IMG/VR virus record: IMGVR_UViG_3300044695_004134
Coordinates: 64,001 to 128,000 of that record
Length of the DNA stretch: 64,000 bases
Reading direction: 5' to 3' (one strand)
Source of the DNA: a virus
Shown piece by piece: positions 9,731-19,079 of this stretch (positions are counted from its first letter, which is position 1; the number at the start of each line of letters is the position of its first letter). The notes under the pieces are model-generated. The model was not told the DNA's origin. It saw nothing but the letters and a program-made list of their open reading frames with translations, and made no database searches. The position numbers and the translations under genes were made by a program.

Positions 9731-10953
9731 ACAAACCCCATTTTACGTTCAATTGTTTTCTTTGTGTTTGTGTTTTGTTCAAAAAACACATCGGCAATGG
9801 ACCATGATTCACGCTCACGGTTCAATTTAGTTCCAACTTTTGTTGCCAACTTTTCGGCTTGCACTTGAGTGAGTTCTTCAAAGTGTAGAATGTCATAGCA
9901 ACGACCTGGACGAATCAGTGCAGGATCAATATCACGAATAGATGGCAGGTTAGTGGAGAAGATTAGTTTCTTGTTTCGTGTAGTCACAAGACCGTCACCA
10001 ACGTTCAGAAACTTGTGCATCATTGTGTTACCTTCAGCACGTGCTTTCAGGAACATATCAGCATCTTCGAGAACGAGAACGTTCTTTTCACCTTCAATGA
10101 AGTTGGCGAACACATAATCTTTTTCCAACACATTTGAATCATAAGACACAATGGCAGATGCTTCAGAGTGTTGTAGTAGACCACGGATGAATGTAGTCTT
10201 ACCAGTACCTGGTGGTCCAATCAACAACAGAATAGATGCGGACGAATGCATGAAGTTATCGTAGAATTCGGCGAGTGTTTGACCATCAAGAAACGGGTAC
10301 ATTTCTTCAACGGGCATACGGTCATGGCGGAGTGGAATCTCAATAGAAGAACCATCAGCGGCATAAATCCATTCGATTTGGTTTGTTACAAACTCAAAAT
10401 CTTTTTCGAATTGTTTTTCATACTGTTTGACGAATTCATCATCACCAACCAGTTCAACAGATACATGTGTTGAATGAATGTTGAAAAACAAATAAGACAA
10501 AGAATCATCATTAAAGAAATATCCGGTTCCATTTTCATATTGAAAACGGCGGAGATCCTGAATTGTGTCGATGTAATCCAACCATTCTTTTTTGGTCGCA
10601 TACATGCTCAACCTAGTTTGAAAGGTTTCAAGTTGGCGTTCAGAACGCTCTTTTAAAATTTTGCTTATGAGCAGGTCCGCAATATCATTTGCACCTAAGA
10701 AAATTTCACCGTTATTATCATTCATTTGTATACCTTCATTTTTCCACCACAGTAATCTTTTTGGTGGTGTTTTGTGACCAATTCTTTTTGCTCTAAATTT
10801 AGACATATTGTTGATGCCAGCCCATATAACATGTTTTTTTCTAGTTTTCCTGGAACCACTCCGTGATTCACCTCTTCCAATTTCAGCAAGCCATCTGTCA
10901 ATCCTCTTGGATACAGCAGACCTGCTTTTAATGGTTCTAAACCTTCGGCGCAT
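9727..10953 (-). CDS. AAA+ ATPase (possible second start at 10725)
   Basis: GPPGTGKT, LVLEDAD, STN, DPALIRPGR. Confidence 0.9.
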   Translation of the reverse strand: MRRRFRTIKSRSAVSKRIDRWLAEIGRGESRSGSRKTRKKHVIWAGINNMSKFRAKRIGHKTPPKRLLWWKNEGIQMNDNNGEIFLGANDIADLLISKILKERSERQLETFQTRLSMYATKKEWLDYIDTIQDLRRFQYENGTGYFFNDDSLSYLFFNIHSTHVSVELVGDDEFVKQYEKQFEKDFEFVTNQIEWIYAADGSSIEIPLRHDRMPVEEMYPFLDGQTLAEFYDNFMHSSASILLLIGPPGTGKTTFIRGLLQHSEASAIVSYDSNVLEKDYVFANFIEGEKNVLVLEDADMFLKARAEGNTMMHKFLNVGDGLVTTRNKKLIFSTNLPSIRDIDPALIRPGRCYDILHFEELTQVQAEKLATKVGTKLNRERESWSIADVFFEQNTNTKKTIERKMGFV

Positions 10954-11063
10954 CTACTTCTACCACCCATGTCGCCCAATCTTGACGCTTAATATTGTTT
11001 GTATCAATGTGATTGTCTGTACAAAATTTCCATGCATCAAGATAGAAGTGAAAAAATTCCATT

Positions 11064-11255
11064 TTAAATTCCTTTTGCTTTATATTCAAAGTTCCAATAC
11101 GGTCGACCATCTATAGTATACTCTATGTTACCACGCCTGTCAACAGTTTCAAGCCATCGACAGTCATTGTTTGCCACAGTAACTGGAAACCATGCGAACC
11201 AATCGTGCCATTGCATTTTACCTGAATAGTCTTTTAGTCCACATTTTAGTTTCAT
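11064..11255 (-). CDS. Hypothetical Trp-rich protein
   Basis: WHDWFAWFPV motif; coupled to the upstream gene. Confidence 0.6.
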   Translation of the reverse strand: MKLKCGLKDYSGKMQWHDWFAWFPVTVANNDCRWLETVDRRGNIEYTIDGRPYWNFEYKAKGI

Positions 11256-11812
11256 GGAAATTTCCATCCTTTGGCTGTGTATTTTTCAACACGTTTATGT
11301 GAAAGTGCATAAGCATTCTCATGCTCATTCTTAATCAAATGTTTGTTGAGAATTGCATTGTATTGCTTCTTCGAAATGTAAAGTGTGTGGCTTGAAATTT
11401 TATACCACGGCATACAATGCACAAAATCAAATGTGCTTCGTGAATCAGCAGTAGCAAGTGTAATCACTTGGAGGCCATTTTTAAATGTGGTGGCATTTGC
11501 AGTCACCAATTTACCTTCAATCTGCACTTCAACATATTTTTCATCGGCATCTTGAATATAGTTTTTATCCATACCATGAATATATTGTTTGAAGTGCATT
11601 ATATCATTTGCATCATTTAAATACAAATCATAGTCTTTAGGTGTTTCATAATGCATGAGTGAAGAAATTGCACCGCCAGTTAAAATTGCTTTATCACGGA
11701 GAAAGTCGCTCAATTCCCGTGGAATTCCATCAAACATTATATTCAAGGTTGCAAACAAACGCTTTTTGACCTCATGTATTTGGTCAATTTGAATGTCTTT
11801 AAGTTCCGGCAT
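11252..11812 (-). CDS. Pol-beta-superfamily nucleotidyltransferase-like protein
   Basis: LTGGAISSL...PKDYDLY, FDFVHC, RVEKY. Confidence 0.65.
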   Translation of the reverse strand: MPELKDIQIDQIHEVKKRLFATLNIMFDGIPRELSDFLRDKAILTGGAISSLMHYETPKDYDLYLNDANDIMHFKQYIHGMDKNYIQDADEKYVEVQIEGKLVTANATTFKNGLQVITLATADSRSTFDFVHCMPWYKISSHTLYISKKQYNAILNKHLIKNEHENAYALSHKRVEKYTAKGWKFP

Positions 11813-12128
11813 AATGCATCCTCAATATTTTAACTTGGTCATGTGGTGCAAGGTAACAACGAGCCTTTACAATGGTATCAAATGTTATGTTATCACGCAT
11901 TTGTGTGAATTCAACAAGACCATTTGAAATCATGTATTCACCCATTTGTTGAGCCATTGATGACCTCAGATATTGTTTCAATTCGTGGTCGGAACGAACA
12001 TCTACCATTTTATGTTCAGGCACACGAATTGTACCTGTCACCAACTTACCGCCGATTGGAACATCTTTATATGTGAAATTGATATCGGTATATGGGTCAA
12101 TACCCCAATTAGGAGTATTGATTGCCAT
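11799..12128 (-). CDS. Hypothetical protein
   Basis: Coupled ORF within the operon. Confidence 0.65.
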   Translation of the reverse strand: MAINTPNWGIDPYTDINFTYKDVPIGGKLVTGTIRVPEHKMVDVRSDHELKQYLRSSMAQQMGEYMISNGLVEFTQMRDNITFDTIVKARCYLAPHDQVKILRMHYAGT

Positions 12129-12484
12129 TATACAGTCTCTTGTGCAACATCGTTGGTTTCAGTAGGTTTTTGCTTTTCACGTTTGACTGGTGCCACAGGT
12201 GCAACAGGTTGAACGGGTTGAACCTTACCGATGTAACGACCTTCAGGAGAAAACTCTTGAAAGTTCACCAGTTGGTATGCAGTCACTTTCCGACCATCTT
12301 TGTAAACACGGACAATTCCACCATCTTTGCGGATGTTGTAAATGTTAGTGGAGAGGCGATAGAGAACACCTTCTTGGTCACTGCCCTTGAAGCAAGCCTC
12401 AATCTCTGCGGGAGAGACAGGCTTGCCAGAGAGCATAACACAAGCAATTTTTTCGTGACGGTTGATTTTAGTGGTAGTACGCAT
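12128..12484 (-). CDS. Hypothetical, possible winged-helix protein
   Basis: AAGGA RBS before the ATG at 12484; LSTNIYNIRKDG helix followed by beta strands. Confidence 0.6.
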   Translation of the reverse strand: MRTTTKINRHEKIACVMLSGKPVSPAEIEACFKGSDQEGVLYRLSTNIYNIRKDGGIVRVYKDGRKVTAYQLVNFQEFSPEGRYIGKVQPVQPVAPVAPVKREKQKPTETNDVAQETV

Positions 12485-12518
12485 AATATATCCTTTGAGA
12501 AAAAGTTTACCAGATTCA

Positions 12519-12571
12519 ATTGTAACAGAGTGGCAGTCTGGTGGCAACCACTCTGTTGTTAAAATACCACA
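12519..12571 (-). promoter_or_regulatory. Early promoter TTGCCA-17-TACAAT with TGTTG-N8-CCACA operator
   Basis: -10 at 12519-24, -35 at 12542-47, operator at 12554-71. Confidence 0.75.
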
Positions 12572-12573
12572 GT

Positions 12574-13746
12574 TTAGAATGGTACTTCATCATCAGGTGA
12601 GGTCGGCATCACAGGTGCGGTGTTTGCCTCCGCCACTTTGATATCAACTTTCGAATACAGGTCAAGGAACGAATCCTTGGTTTCTTGGTCAAAACGATTC
12701 ACACAGAGTTGAATTGCCTTCGAACGGTCTTTGAAGATTGAATAAGTCTTTGCAATGTGGACCAAACGGCGAGTGGAGACAATCTCATCGACACCACCTT
12801 CGGCAAATGTCTTACGAATCACATCAGCCCACTTTACAAGATTTTCCGCAAACTCATCATCATTCAACAATGGTTTGAGAATCTTGAGTTCAACTTTGGA
12901 CTCTGGATATTCCTGTTCAACGGTGATGTTGAAACGCTCAAGGAACGCATCATCAAGAATCTGTGAGAGGTAACGACCTTCTTCAGAGCCACGGCCTTTG
13001 GTGTTTGCAGTAGCAACAACGTTGAAGCCACGTTTTGGATAGATGTATTCACCAGACTTTTTGTTGAAGTATGGCTTGCCTTCCAGAATACCTTGGAGGC
13101 ACATGAGTTTGTTAGAACCACGGTCAACTTCGTCAATCAAGAGAATTGCACCACGTTTCATGGCTGTCATCACAGGACCATCACGGTACACCACGTTACC
13201 GTCAATCAGTGTAGGACCACCAATCAGGTCAGATTCATCAGTCTCAACGGAGATGTTCACACGGATGCATTCACGTTTGAGTGTGGCACACACTTGTTCA
13301 ACCATCAGGGTTTTGCCATTGCCTGACATACCAGTAATGAACACGGGGAAGAATTCCTGTGATAGCACAATCGAGGTCAGGTCTTTGTAGAAACCAAAAG
13401 GAACATAGCCTTGGTATTTTTCAGGGATAGAAGTATCTGCATGGTCTTCAAGTTTCTTTTGACGGAGAACATGGACAGTGGCAGTTTGTGTCAATTCGAC
13501 AACGGCAGGTTCTTCCGTAACCATTGCAGTTACGGCATGACGCACAGCGTTTGGTGCATCAGGAAGAAGGTATTGACCACGACCGGAACGAAACTCTTGG
13601 CGAGTGACAAACCAGAAGGGATAAGGAACAGACCGTTCATCAACAACGTGTTGAATTTGGTCACGACTCAAAATTGCATTCTCACCGAAAATCTCAGTAG
13701 CGGCTTGGACGAATGCTTTTGCATTACGATTCATAAAGTTCTCCAT
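12574..13746 (-). CDS. CobS/MoxR-like AAA+ ATPase
   Basis: GMSGNGKT, ETDESDLIGG, LLIDEVD, ATANTKGRG, AFLERF, STRRL. Confidence 0.9.
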   Translation of the reverse strand: MENFMNRNAKAFVQAATEIFGENAILSRDQIQHVVDERSVPYPFWFVTRQEFRSGRGQYLLPDAPNAVRHAVTAMVTEEPAVVELTQTATVHVLRQKKLEDHADTSIPEKYQGYVPFGFYKDLTSIVLSQEFFPVFITGMSGNGKTLMVEQVCATLKRECIRVNISVETDESDLIGGPTLIDGNVVYRDGPVMTAMKRGAILLIDEVDRGSNKLMCLQGILEGKPYFNKKSGEYIYPKRGFNVVATANTKGRGSEEGRYLSQILDDAFLERFNITVEQEYPESKVELKILKPLLNDDEFAENLVKWADVIRKTFAEGGVDEIVSTRRLVHIAKTYSIFKDRSKAIQLCVNRFDQETKDSFLDLYSKVDIKVAEANTAPVMPTSPDDEVPF

Positions 13747-13760
13747 AACAAGGTGTTTCT

Positions 13761-13824
13761 ATTATATCACAGTTTCTGCCACATGGCAACCATTTTTTGG
13801 TAGATATGTTGCATAGAAACAACA
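13761..13824 (-). promoter_or_regulatory. Early promoter TTGCCA-17-TATAAT with TGTTG-N8-CAACA operator
   Basis: -10 at 13761-66, -35 at 13784-89, operator at 13807-24. Confidence 0.8.
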
Positions 13825-13897
13825 ATCATGTACCAGTTTATATCCATATTCACCTCTTTCCATTCTTGTTTGTTGCATAAGTAGGTATGTCCATCCT

Positions 13898-14149
13898 TCA
13901 GAGAAGGTTAACCTGTATATCCACCTTAGTGGCCACCATCTTTTCATCATAATAGGTGTATGTGGTACCAAAACCACTAACATTTTCTCTTGCACAGGTT
14001 GCCAATGCATTCCATACTGCAACCCTTTGTGTGGTAAACACAAACTTATCTTCAAGGTCTTTCACCTTCATAATGAAGCCAACACCGTTCACGATAGCAC
14101 GGAACTTCTGAGTGTTATTCAGACCCCAAATCAGTTGTTTTGTACGCAT
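13898..14149 (-). CDS. Hypothetical protein
   Basis: AAGG RBS, downstream of a promoter. Confidence 0.65.
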   Translation of the reverse strand: MRTKQLIWGLNNTQKFRAIVNGVGFIMKVKDLEDKFVFTTQRVAVWNALATCARENVSGFGTTYTYYDEKMVATKVDIQVNLL

Positions 14150-14178
14150 TACATGCCTTTCACATTGAATAAGACTCT

Positions 14179-14241
14179 ATTATACCAGAAACCAAAAAAA
14201 AGGCAACCATAAAGATTGCCCTTTGTTGTTTTTTTACAACA
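14179..14241 (-). promoter_or_regulatory. Early promoter TTGCCT-16-TATAAT with operator; -35 lies inside a terminator-like hairpin
   Basis: -10 at 14179-84, -35 at 14201-06, hairpin GGCAAT...GTTGCC followed by a T run, operator at 14224-41. Confidence 0.75.
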
Positions 14242-14243
14242 CT

Positions 14244-14444
14244 TCACCAATAGCCATCGGAACAGCCAAGGACGTATTGGTAAACACTCAGCCGTCCTTC
14301 CGCACCAGTTTGGTACACCTCATTCGGTGTTTTACCATCAAATGCTTTATTCTCCGAATCCCACCATCCATCGACCAATTGTGTTGAACCTATCATGGCG
14401 TACAGATAACGATTGATATCAGATTTTACGATTGGCTCTTTCAT
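14244..14444 (-). CDS. Xre/MbcA/ParS antitoxin C-terminal-domain-like protein
   Basis: WWDSENKAFDGKTP...G...V.QYV pattern. Confidence 0.55.
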   Translation of the reverse strand: MKEPIVKSDINRYLYAMIGSTQLVDGWWDSENKAFDGKTPNEVYQTGAEGRLSVYQYVLGCSDGYW

Positions 14445-14863
14445 TCTTCCTCGCCTTCAGGGTCATCAATTAAATCCAGTTCTTTGGTGTGTGCATCACA
14501 TGCAGTGTAAATCCATCCACGACCACGGCGTTTACCTGGAGCACCACATGTTTCACATGTAATGGTTGACATAGATTCAGCAAACCAAATGAAGTTGTGA
14601 ATTGTTTTATCACCACCATCACCATAGAATCGTAGAGAACCAAACTTTTCTTTTACTTGTGATGCAACAAATTGTTCAGTTCCTTCTTTTGCATTCTTAT
14701 CAATGTGCCATTGAATCTCACTACATAGCAAATTAATTAATGGGTACCAACCATCAGAACAATCGAAACCCCAACACATTGCAGTTGTGGTCATGTCACC
14801 ATTACGATTAGCAAAAATCTTTGGATAATCCTTGCATAGCTTTTTATCCAGTTCTTGTCTCAT
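14441..14863 (-). CDS. Conserved phage protein with a C-terminal CxxC
   Basis: DGWYPLI, QVKEKFGSLRFY, CETCG. Confidence 0.75.
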   Translation of the reverse strand: MRQELDKKLCKDYPKIFANRNGDMTTTAMCWGFDCSDGWYPLINLLCSEIQWHIDKNAKEGTEQFVASQVKEKFGSLRFYGDGGDKTIHNFIWFAESMSTITCETCGAPGKRRGRGWIYTACDAHTKELDLIDDPEGEEE

Positions 14864-15066
14864 TACCAATCCTTCACATCAGTGATATCAATAGTTGTAT
14901 CTTTATTATCAAACAAATCAAACTTCACTCGAACATTTGCACCAATGCCAGATGAATGGTCAACTTCAACCTCAAAGTGTTTAATGTCTTTAAAGTGTTG
15001 TGCAATCTCATACAGCTTTTCAATCTGTTCGTGGTTTAAAATAATGTTCTTATTCTTAGCCATCAT
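14863..15066 (-). CDS. Hypothetical protein
   Basis: SSGIG and DITDVKDW motifs; coupled ORF. Confidence 0.7.
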   Translation of the reverse strand: MMAKNKNIILNHEQIEKLYEIAQHFKDIKHFEVEVDHSSGIGANVRVKFDLFDNKDTTIDITDVKDW

Positions 15067-15263
15067 TAACCACCATAATAATGAATAACAACATCAAGTG
15101 CTTCAAGCAATTGTGTATTGTACACCACATCTTCTGGATGCATCCATGCACCTTTCTTGTGTGCTTTCAATTCTTTTTTAACGTATTTTCTGTGGTCTTT
15201 GAGTGCCAACAAAGCAATACGGTCAGCCGTTTCATAATCAATTTCAAGTTTTTCTGTCATCAT
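15066..15263 (-). CDS. Hypothetical protein
   Basis: Coupled ORF. Confidence 0.65.
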   Translation of the reverse strand: MMTEKLEIDYETADRIALLALKDHRKYVKKELKAHKKGAWMHPEDVVYNTQLLEALDVVIHYYGG

Positions 15264-15724
15264 GTTCTCCAAATTTCGTTAAAGCCTTCTTCTTCAGTTG
15301 GTTCTTGCCATTTTGCAATCATATCATCCAACACCTCCAATGGTATCACCTTTCCAGGTCGGCTGGCAAGCCTTTTCTGAAGTTCTTCGGGTTCTGGGAT
15401 CCGAAAAACCACAGCAATCGCATAATATTCCGGAAGCATTCGGAATTTCTTCGCCCTTGTGAAAATTGTAGTGGATGTTTGGTCCCAGATAATGTCCTTA
15501 CCTGCATCACGTGCGGCATTCACGGCACCTGCCATCCTTGCAACAGCAACGGGCATGTATTCTTCAAACACTTCGGTATAGGTTTTACCAACACTTTCAG
15601 CCCATTCTTCCACATACTTGTCGGTGGAAATGTATGCACAATCTTTCATCCAAAATTCTTGGTTCTTCACCCAAGTGGACTTTCCAGAACCTGGTACACC
15701 GACCAGCATGTATAGTTTAGGCAT
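15260..15724 (-). CDS. P-loop kinase (AAA_33/polynucleotide-kinase-like)
   Basis: VGVPGSGKSTW, ISTD, IIWDQT. Confidence 0.85.
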   Translation of the reverse strand: MPKLYMLVGVPGSGKSTWVKNQEFWMKDCAYISTDKYVEEWAESVGKTYTEVFEEYMPVAVARMAGAVNAARDAGKDIIWDQTSTTIFTRAKKFRMLPEYYAIAVVFRIPEPEELQKRLASRPGKVIPLEVLDDMIAKWQEPTEEEGFNEIWRT

Positions 15725-15840
15725 CGTTTAGTGTTTTCCTAATTTCAATCAATAAATCTCGCACAGCAAAATGATTAGCAAGTTCGGGATTAAATAGACC
15801 ACCCGAGAATAGGTAATCGGTGATTCTGTCTGACAATTCT

Positions 15841-16299
15841 TTAAACTGTTCGTTCATATGTGGACGGTCCAAGTTTGGCATCAACCATTTTATGGTTTGT
15901 AATACCTTCAAAGAAGTTTTCATTGGGACGCTTAATCACATATGCCAAGCGGCCGCCAAAATATACAGCAAACTGCGCCAAGAGGTCCGATTCAATCACA
16001 CAAACATATGCAGATGTAATGGCTTGACCACCAACGCCACCAAAACCTAATGCGGTGCTAGACCAAGTTTGTACAAACATAGAATATACGGTTAGGTCAT
16101 ACAATGAATGTTTGCGAGACTTTTCAACATAACAATCAGCAGGTGCAATTGCAGTTTTCATTTCTTCACGGGTTAGTGTAGACCGCCATGCATCATGCTT
16201 GGCCCAATTACGGTCCTGATACTTGTATTCAGGAAATGCCTCATATGCGGCATGTGCCATAGCACCAGCGAGTGTTTCAATAGGGTTAGTTGCGTTCAT
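15841..16299 (-). CDS. Hypothetical protein
   Basis: QTWSSTALGFGGVGGQA and VYFGGRLAY motifs. Confidence 0.7.
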   Translation of the reverse strand: MNATNPIETLAGAMAHAAYEAFPEYKYQDRNWAKHDAWRSTLTREEMKTAIAPADCYVEKSRKHSLYDLTVYSMFVQTWSSTALGFGGVGGQAITSAYVCVIESDLLAQFAVYFGGRLAYVIKRPNENFFEGITNHKMVDAKLGPSTYERTV

Positions 16300-16520
16300 T
16301 CTTTAACTCCAAAATGTTCATCATACTTGTCTAACATTCGTGCAAATGCAGAGAATGATAACTCTTGTCGGTTTAGTTCAATACATTCTTTCGCAATCAA
16401 CTCGGCAAATTTTTGGTCACGAATATCATGCCAATCTGGATGGTACTCTCCCGGCTGTTGAATTTTGTTATCTGTATATTCATCGGCTTGTTCAGCCAGT
16501 TCTTGAATTCTTTTGTTCAT
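16296..16520 (-). CDS. MNERI...HFGVEE family paralogue 1
   Basis: MNKRIQELA / KFAELIAKEC / HFGVKE. Confidence 0.8.
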   Translation of the reverse strand: MNKRIQELAEQADEYTDNKIQQPGEYHPDWHDIRDQKFAELIAKECIELNRQELSFSAFARMLDKYDEHFGVKE

Positions 16521-16858
16521 CTTGATATACTCAGTTCAGCATCAGGATTATCCCAACATGCATTACGATACTTGTATACAAAATTCTGAAGACCATCATA
16601 TGAACCCCAACCATTCTCAGGGTTAAAGGTCATAAAGTGGTTTGGTTCAGATAACAGAATATTCCATCCTTCATCCAGAAGTTCAGAAATATCTTTCGCC
16701 AACACCAAACCGTGCTCATCAGGTCGCCACAATACATCATACAGTGACAGTCCATTTGAGAGTTTAACCTCTTTGGCCATTTTACCTAGATTGTGTGTGA
16801 TGTTATTGTAATAAACAGATACGGGTTGTGTAACCATCAACTCAACATCAAGGCTCAT
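16517..16858 (-). CDS. Conserved phage hypothetical protein
   Basis: MSLDV, NITHNL, NPENGWGSY motifs. Confidence 0.75.
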   Translation of the reverse strand: MSLDVELMVTQPVSVYYNNITHNLGKMAKEVKLSNGLSLYDVLWRPDEHGLVLAKDISELLDEGWNILLSEPNHFMTFNPENGWGSYDGLQNFVYKYRNACWDNPDAELSISR

Positions 16859-17292
16859 TTACTTTCTCTTTTCATATAGAAGTCACGAATCGCTCTTGCA
16901 TCATGAAGTGCATTATGTGGCACCATAGATTCATACTTAATGCTAAAGTCAAGTTCAAACTTAATATTCGTTGGCATTACAATTCGTTCACCTGGACCTG
17001 TAATCATTGCTTCACAGAAATATCGAATATCATCTGGCCAATCTGCAACGATTATAATTTCATCATATTCAATATTCAGGAGGTACCTTGAGAATGCGAG
17101 TTGAAACTCACTGTAACTCGCCGGTACTAGAAACATGTGTGGCGCAACGTTTACTTGAACCCATGTATCAAGTTGGTCTTTCACTTCAATTTCACAATAA
17201 AACTCTGGTGCGTTTAGATTCTCTGGCACCAAAGCCATTGACATTAGTTTACCACCGAATCCATTGAATTCGGTATCAAGAAAAAATCTCAT
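16855..17292 (-). CDS. DEDD 3'-5' exo(ribo)nuclease
   Basis: FLDTEFN, ADWPDD, HNALHDA. Confidence 0.8.
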   Translation of the reverse strand: MRFFLDTEFNGFGGKLMSMALVPENLNAPEFYCEIEVKDQLDTWVQVNVAPHMFLVPASYSEFQLAFSRYLLNIEYDEIIIVADWPDDIRYFCEAMITGPGERIVMPTNIKFELDFSIKYESMVPHNALHDARAIRDFYMKRESK

Positions 17293-17543
17293 TCTTCAAC
17301 TCCAAAATGTTTTTTAATATAATCCGCCGCAATGACAGGAGTGTGACCATAGTCAGTTTCAATTTCCACATACACATTAGGAAATAACCCAGCACATTTA
17401 CTGATAATCAACTCGGCGAACTTTTCCAACTCATAATCATATGAACATGACCAATCCACCACGGCATCAACTGGTGCGTGTTCCTCACCGTCCCACATTA
17501 GAAAACCGGCTTCATCGGCCAATTCTTTAATTAGTTTCTTCAT
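17289..17543 (-). CDS. MNERI...HFGVEE family paralogue 2
   Basis: IKELADEAG / EKFAELIISKC / IKKHFGVEE. Confidence 0.8.
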   Translation of the reverse strand: MKKLIKELADEAGFLMWDGEEHAPVDAVVDWSCSYDYELEKFAELIISKCAGLFPNVYVEIETDYGHTPVIAADYIKKHFGVEE

Positions 17544-17770
17544 TTATAATCCTTACCAAAAATCTTCCTTTTGAATGCGGCAATTTCCATATCATCTTCA
17601 CGTTCAGCAATCACATTCATTTCAAACTCCGATGGATAATGACGGAGCAAAGACTTTGCATCCCTCCGAACGGATAGCGGCACACGTGGTGTTTTCTTTG
17701 GATCAAGTAGTGAGATAAGAAACTTTTCAGTTCGAATCACCGCATTGGTTCGTTCTATAGGTACAGTCAT
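17540..17770 (-). CDS. Conserved phage hypothetical protein
   Basis: PIERTNAV, TPRVP, LRHYP motifs. Confidence 0.7.
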   Translation of the reverse strand: MTVPIERTNAVIRTEKFLISLLDPKKTPRVPLSVRRDAKSLLRHYPSEFEMNVIAEREDDMEIAAFKRKIFGKDYK

Positions 17771-18198
17771 AGTTTTTCCACAATAATTTTATTTCCAAAA
17801 TCTTCACCAAATGAGATATTCTCATGGTAAACTTTCACTAGCCCTTTACGGGAGAGTCCTTCAATAGCAAGGAAACCACAGAATGAATTCATACGGAGTG
17901 TAATCCCATCAGCATCCTGTGATTGTTCGAGTCCTTCACCAGTGGCTAGCATCTCCGAAATCAATAGAATTTCCGAAAGGCGTGGGTTTTCCTCATTATC
18001 GGCAACCTTTAGTAGTGCGTCCACATCTGCATCAGTGAGGGACTTTAGAAAATCACCTGGTCGCATATAACCGGACTCAGAAAGGTCCATTGCCAGTGTA
18101 CGGGTAATGGGTAGAAAGTCCTTCTCCTTCATCACATTATCATATGAAATGACAATCGGACCGTCTTCAAAATCATTATCTTCAATTCGTTCGTTCAT
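17767..18198 (-). CDS. Hypothetical acidic protein
   Basis: Coupled ORF that begins MNERI. Confidence 0.7.
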   Translation of the reverse strand: MNERIEDNDFEDGPIVISYDNVMKEKDFLPITRTLAMDLSESGYMRPGDFLKSLTDADVDALLKVADNEENPRLSEILLISEMLATGEGLEQSQDADGITLRMNSFCGFLAIEGLSRKGLVKVYHENISFGEDFGNKIIVEKL

Positions 18199-18425
18199 AC
18201 AATTTTACCCAGAATTCCGTAAATTAATTCATCCAGTTCAGCCTGATAGTCTTTACCAATCCTACGCTTTTCATAGAGTGACTGGAGAATCATACGCATT
18301 TCATCACCATCAACAAAATTTAGATTATAGTCCTTACCCCGTTTTTCCAGTTCGGCAATAAGTGCATCATCGGAGAGTTCTTCAAGAATATCCTCAGAAT
18401 CAACATAGGTGTTTACGTACGGCAT
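18195..18425 (-). CDS. Hypothetical protein
   Basis: AAGGAG RBS; coupled ORF. Confidence 0.7.
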   Translation of the reverse strand: MPYVNTYVDSEDILEELSDDALIAELEKRGKDYNLNFVDGDEMRMILQSLYEKRRIGKDYQAELDELIYGILGKIV

Positions 18426-18835
18426 TATGCATTCTCCTTTTCAGTGCAAAATTTAGTGAATTGAACCCATGGACCAGTAAACAGGTGCTCACGTCCCCAA
18501 CCAAAAACGGTGATACGGTCAGAGTAAATGTGATACTCATATTCTTGACCACAATCATCGGTTGAAATTGGGTAGAGATAGAAACCACCAGCACCAACTT
18601 TAAAATGTGCTACCAATTGGGCGGCTAAGCAACCCATGCCATTAGCCAGTTTCCGTGTATCACCAACAGGAATACCATTGGTGATGGCTTCAAACTGATT
18701 CAAGAATGCGGCAAGTTCGGAGCCATGACCAGTTGGGTAGCCGTCAAACTGTCGGTACATATTGATAATAGGCTCAGGACCAGTGGTAGAGCCATAATGG
18801 TCGGTGTAAACAAAAGTGAGTGAACGTGTACCCAT
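18425..18835 (-). CDS. Conserved phage hypothetical protein
   Basis: MGTRSLT, YRQFDGYP, NGMGCLAAQL motifs. Confidence 0.75.
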   Translation of the reverse strand: MGTRSLTFVYTDHYGSTTGPEPIINMYRQFDGYPTGHGSELAAFLNQFEAITNGIPVGDTRKLANGMGCLAAQLVAHFKVGAGGFYLYPISTDDCGQEYEYHIYSDRITVFGWGREHLFTGPWVQFTKFCTEKENA

Positions 18836-18870
18836 GAGATTTCCTTTGGAGTTTGTTTGTGTATGTGTCT

Positions 18871-18899
18871 ATTGTACCAGAGTCCTTGGTACTTGGCAA
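18871..18899 (-). promoter_or_regulatory. Early promoter TTGCCA-17-TACAAT
   Basis: Direct motif match. Confidence 0.7.
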
Positions 18900-18914
18900 G
18901 TCAGCTAGAAGTAT

Positions 18915-19079
18915 TCACTTTTCGAATGATTCAATCCATGCAACCAGAACCTTCCTAGCTTCGGTGCGGGAAATACCGAATTCCGTTTCCAGATACGGTG
19001 CCGCACCCCACATATTGGTTTCACCAGAATCCCGTAGTGCAACGAGATAATCAAAATATTCTTTAGTTTGTTCGTCCAT
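18915..19079 (-). CDS. 54-aa hypothetical protein (not in the ORF track)
   Basis: MDEQTKEYFDYLVALRDSGETNMWGAAPYL...; GGAG RBS and TGATG overlap. Confidence 0.7.
   Translation of the reverse strand: MDEQTKEYFDYLVALRDSGETNMWGAAPYLETEFGISRTEARKVLVAWIESFEK

Noticed and set aside
12574-13746. Cobalamin biosynthesis gene cobS
   Set aside because: Generic MoxR-type ATPase with no other cob genes in the window.
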